Positions 60,309 to 64,000 of a stretch of DNA of 64,000 bases are shown in pieces. The notes under the pieces were generated by a model. The model did no database searches. It worked only from the letters and a program-made list of their open reading frames with translations, and was not told where the DNA came from. A program made the translations under genes and the position numbers. The stretch is taken from positions 1 through 64,000 of the IMG/VR virus record IMGVR_UViG_3300021255_005861; one strand, written 5' to 3'. This stretch comes from a virus (taxonomy: Duplodnaviria > Caudoviricetes). How positions within the stretch are numbered: the stretch's first letter is position 1; every line of letters starts with the position of its first letter.

Positions 60309-63281
60309 ATGGCAGACATCAACGACATCAAGAACCGCACCGTGTCCCATGGGACACTCAACCCCGATCACCTTATTCCCGCTTTCTGCGACGTGCTGAA
60401 GGAGTACGCCCCGGAAAAGTACGCGGAGTTCATCAAGGACTACCCCGAGCTCGACGGCTGGGAGGAGTTCCTCGAGGCCGATTGGCGCCTCGTGTCAAAC
60501 GATACCAAGATGAACGCAAGCGACGAGTTGTTCGGGCTGCTGAACGACATCGCCCCCGAGGGCACAATGTTCAGTTCCACGGAAGGCGACGGGTCGGACT
60601 TCGGGTTCTGGACGGTCGAGGAAAAGAAGTCCGAGGCTGACGATGACAATAAGGATCTTAGAATCGGACTATATTATACTGAGGAAGAGCTGGCTATCCT
60701 GAAGGACATATTCAAGAAGTATGTCCAGGAAATTAGCGGAATCCGGTATAGCGTTCCTGAAGACTATACTATATCCTACGAGATTAGCGACGACCCTCTT
60801 GGCGACTTTGAGGCTGTCGTAAAGGCTACCGGCAAGAATGGCAAGACGATTTACTTGTGCAACCTGCATGGCGAAGTTCTTTGGGCGGTAAATACGCCCA
60901 AGCAGTTCTGGCATTATGTGGGTCAGGTGGACCCCAAGACGGGCGAGGAAAAGAAGGACAAGTACGTTATCCCGCCGAGGTCCTTCTTCCTTGATGACGA
61001 GTACTATGACAATGTAAAGCCGAGTACCAGGATTCCGTTGAACCCGTCCGACTGGGACAAGGTTGACGACTACTTCAAGAGATTCTTCAAGAAGAGAGGT
61101 GAAGGTTTCCTGGACGATGACGAGGGCGAGAAGGCCCTCAAGCAGATGGCCAAGGACGGCAAGAGCACTGGCGAGGTCGCCGCTGACATCCGATACGACG
61201 TCGCTACCACACTCGACATGGCGGCAGATAAGGCCGAGGACCTGATGACCAAGTTCGGCCTGGACAAGATTTACGTGCTACGCGCCAAGGGGCTGTCCCC
61301 GAAGGCCATCGCGAAGAAGATCCTGAAGGCTTGTGAGTCCAAGGCCGAGGCTGCACTGCGCCCCTGGAGGACTGACTTCGAGAAGGACCTCCAGAAGCGC
61401 ATAGACGATGCCAAGGGTACCAAGTACGACACCAAGAACTTTACCGCGGACGGCTGGGAATTCGTGACTGGCGACGTGTATGACGATGGCTCCGAGTATG
61501 GTAGCAACGGCAAGGATGTCGCCGTGGCCTTCTTCAAGCGTGAGCATGACGGCCAGTATTACCGCATGTGGCTTGCCTTCGACCCGGACACCAAGGAAAT
61601 TACCGGTGGCAAGTGGTGGATTGAGAGCGACGAGTCCAAGGACGAACGCCGCGACAGCGCCGACTACCTCCAGGAGGTGTGGGACGCCCTTGTATCCGTA
61701 TGGGACAAGGAAAAGTTCGACATGGCCAAGGGCTACGACGACGAGTACGAGTGCGAGGCCATCACTATTGTCTCCAAGGACAACGAGGGCGTACGCGCCA
61801 AGATATACGTGGATGACCACGAGGGTAAGCACCCGGTTGGATTCGACGTCATCTACCGCTACCCCGGCGACAAGGGCGTAGGCGACCTGGGCTACTACGA
61901 GTTCCAGAGCACGGACTTTGACGAGACCGCCCCGGAGATATTCGCCTACTTCGACGAACTCAAGGGAAAAGTTAGCGAGGCCAAGGGAGACAACTGGGTA
62001 GCCTACTACTTCTGCGAGGACCCGCAGGGTCTAGAGTGGGCGGTGCTCCCGCACGCCATCAATGGCATCGGCAACGCCTCCTGCGTAAATTCCCGCGGTG
62101 GCAATGACAGCATCGCTATCGAGTATGTGCTGGACGAGTGCACTCCTATCGAGGACGTGAAGGGCTCGGACATCTACGGCAAGGTTAAAGACTTCGAGGA
62201 CCGCAACATCGTGGCTCTCACGAGGGACGAGGCCGAGCGCATCGCCATTGCCGATGACCGCCTGGAAATGTTGAAGTCCGTAGTGGCTGGCAAGGACGAG
62301 TCCTGCAAGAGAGAAGCCACCGGCGTCGCCGCCATCTATGGCGACGGGGACGTGTCTACGCATGAGAACTCCGCGGACGGCTTCTACGTGGACGAGCACG
62401 ATCCGATGGGCTTCGCCGTCCTCAACAACGACACTGCCACGATGAAGGAACTCTTCTCCGGCAAGGCCGTCGCTCCCGAGAAGCCCTGGACATATGCGGG
62501 CTGGCACGAGGACACCGACGCTCCCGAGAACAAGGACGGCAGTTACCCCTACGTCTACGACTGGGAACGCGAGTACGACCTGAACTTCGTGAACGACTGG
62601 AAGCGTGTCGTTGGGGACAAGGACAACGAGGAAGCCCTTGAGCTCCTGCTCAAGTATGCACCGGACTTCATCCCGTCGGCGATGGACTTCTGGAACGCCT
62701 TCCACGCTGGCTACAGCAAGGGACTGCTCCGCAAGCTGTTCAACAACATCTTCGCCGTCGTGGACAAGGACGACCCGAACAACAACTACCTCGGCTACGA
62801 GGACTACACGTACGATGAGGTCGCCAAGTTCCTGGACGGCAAGGACGAGGCTGCCGATAGCCGTCGCGTTGACGACTATGCGAACATGCGCTTCTTTGAC
62901 CCGGAGGAATTCGTCAAGTACGTACGCAAGGCCTATGGCAAGGATGGGGGCTATGTATCTATTGACTCCGTCGTTCCAGTTTCCGTTCTAAACAAGGCCA
63001 ACCGCATGGCGCAGAAGAACGGGTATAGCAAGCTGGAGTCCAAGAAGTCCGAAAGCCTGACGCTCAAGCAGAAGGAACTCAAGGACATGGCCCGCTACGG
63101 CGAGGCAGAGGACATCACCACGATATCCGACGCCGAGGCCAAGGAACTCAAGAAGAAGGGTATCGAGACGGTGGGCGTGAGCCGCGGTACCTACGGCATG
63201 AACGGTGCGCTCCTGCGCGACCGCGATGGCAACAAGTACGTTATCACCGCCCGCAGTTCTAACCTGTTTTACTTTGTATAA
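60309..63281 (+). CDS. 990-aa acidic multi-module protein (putative polyprotein)
   Basis: about 8 modules separated by E-S/A-K-rich linkers. Confidence 0.75.
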   Translation: MADINDIKNRTVSHGTLNPDHLIPAFCDVLKEYAPEKYAEFIKDYPELDGWEEFLEADWRLVSNDTKMNASDELFGLLNDIAPEGTMFSSTEGDGSDFGFWTVEEKKSEADDDNKDLRIGLYYTEEELAILKDIFKKYVQEISGIRYSVPEDYTISYEISDDPLGDFEAVVKATGKNGKTIYLCNLHGEVLWAVNTPKQFWHYVGQVDPKTGEEKKDKYVIPPRSFFLDDEYYDNVKPSTRIPLNPSDWDKVDDYFKRFFKKRGEGFLDDDEGEKALKQMAKDGKSTGEVAADIRYDVATTLDMAADKAEDLMTKFGLDKIYVLRAKGLSPKAIAKKILKACESKAEAALRPWRTDFEKDLQKRIDDAKGTKYDTKNFTADGWEFVTGDVYDDGSEYGSNGKDVAVAFFKREHDGQYYRMWLAFDPDTKEITGGKWWIESDESKDERRDSADYLQEVWDALVSVWDKEKFDMAKGYDDEYECEAITIVSKDNEGVRAKIYVDDHEGKHPVGFDVIYRYPGDKGVGDLGYYEFQSTDFDETAPEIFAYFDELKGKVSEAKGDNWVAYYFCEDPQGLEWAVLPHAINGIGNASCVNSRGGNDSIAIEYVLDECTPIEDVKGSDIYGKVKDFEDRNIVALTRDEAERIAIADDRLEMLKSVVAGKDESCKREATGVAAIYGDGDVSTHENSADGFYVDEHDPMGFAVLNNDTATMKELFSGKAVAPEKPWTYAGWHEDTDAPENKDGSYPYVYDWEREYDLNFVNDWKRVVGDKDNEEALELLLKYAPDFIPSAMDFWNAFHAGYSKGLLRKLFNNIFAVVDKDDPNNNYLGYEDYTYDEVAKFLDGKDEAADSRRVDDYANMRFFDPEEFVKYVRKAYGKDGGYVSIDSVVPVSVLNKANRMAQKNGYSKLESKKSESLTLKQKELKDMARYGEAEDITTISDAEAKELKKKGIETVGVSRGTYGMNGALLRDRDGNKYVITARSSNLFYFV

Positions 63282-63293
63282 GGAGAAGACACT

Positions 63294-63962
63294 ATGTCCA
63301 AGATGACGATTAAAGTTCGTGAATCCAAGAAGCGTTCCGAGAAGCGGACCGTTCAACCGCCTAGTTATGATGTCTATACCTACGATGAACTTTCGGACGA
63401 AGCCAAGGAAAAGGTGAAGGATTGGTTCCTTGACATTCGTCGTGAAGACGATGGGGGTATTTTCCAAGACTCTTGCCTGGAAACTCTTAATGAAGTGTTC
63501 CCTAATTCCGATGTTAAGGTAGAGTATTCTCTGTCTTATAGCCAAGGCGATGGTTTTAATACCTATGGCAAGTTGGATGTGAATGACTTGTTGAACGTAG
63601 ATTTGTCTAAATACCCACTAAAAGACTCCAAGTATATCACTCCGCTTTCGGACAAGGACGCTATTAAGGCGGTATGTGAAAAAGCGGATGTTACAAGTAT
63701 TGACCTGCCCGAAAACCGCAGATACGGCTATTCTATGGCAGACAGAATTGAGGTCGTTCCTGATTACGATGTGGAATTGACCGACGAGGAAACTGCCCTG
63801 TTGAGTGAACTTGAAAAGTTTGCACAGGATGTTATGGGTTTTCTAAACAGTCATTTTGAAAGCAGTGGCTATGACTATTTTTATGAAGCCACTGACGAAG
63901 AAGTTGCTGATTGGGCAGATGTGAACGAGTATGAATTTACTGAAGATGGCAAACTTGCATAA
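63294..63962 (+). CDS. acidic putative internal head protein
   Basis: MTIKVRESKKRSE; VYTYDELSDEAKEK...NEYEFTEDGK. Confidence 0.7.
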   Translation: MSKMTIKVRESKKRSEKRTVQPPSYDVYTYDELSDEAKEKVKDWFLDIRREDDGGIFQDSCLETLNEVFPNSDVKVEYSLSYSQGDGFNTYGKLDVNDLLNVDLSKYPLKDSKYITPLSDKDAIKAVCEKADVTSIDLPENRRYGYSMADRIEVVPDYDVELTDEETALLSELEKFAQDVMGFLNSHFESSGYDYFYEATDEEVADWADVNEYEFTEDGKLA

Positions 63963-64000
63963 GGAGAAGTGACTATGAAGCAGTTTAAGTGCTCTATGAG

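Overview
A 64-kb segment of a large, T4-like (contractile-tail) bacteriophage genome; the host cannot be assigned from sequence alone. 1-22.4 kb (+): early/middle genes including a PRTase, a pentapeptide-repeat protein, a Dda/RecD-like helicase, an SbcD/gp47 nuclease, an SbcC/gp46 ATPase split into two distant genes, an intein-containing C5 DNA methyltransferase, an EF-Ts-N-domain protein and Myb-like repeat proteins. 23-32.8 kb (+): tail sheath, tube, chaperone, tape-measure and baseplate operon. 34.3-52.8 kb (-): many small accessory genes, CoaE, an ASCH protein, a tnpB-only IS200/IS605 element and an IS607 element. 52.9-64 kb (+): scaffold, gp23-like major capsid protein and probable internal head proteins. 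The most notable unexplained structure is: (i) a 7 x ~33-bp palindromic array beside a gene whose repeated domain and DNA motif recur at a second locus 20 kb away (candidate origin/initiator system); (ii) a 265-bp protein-free IS605 mini-element with its own promoter, probably an orphan omega-RNA; (iii) a shared N-terminal M-x-I-x-V-x-E signal and E-S-x-K-x-E linkers marking putative packaged, protease-processed cargo, including a 990-aa polyprotein; (iv) a ~340-nt structured ncRNA candidate; (v) a parS-like palindrome; (vi) a strict CTTACA-N24-GTTATATT promoter regulon with a possible antisense sRNA. All family calls come from motif recognition by eye, not from database searches.
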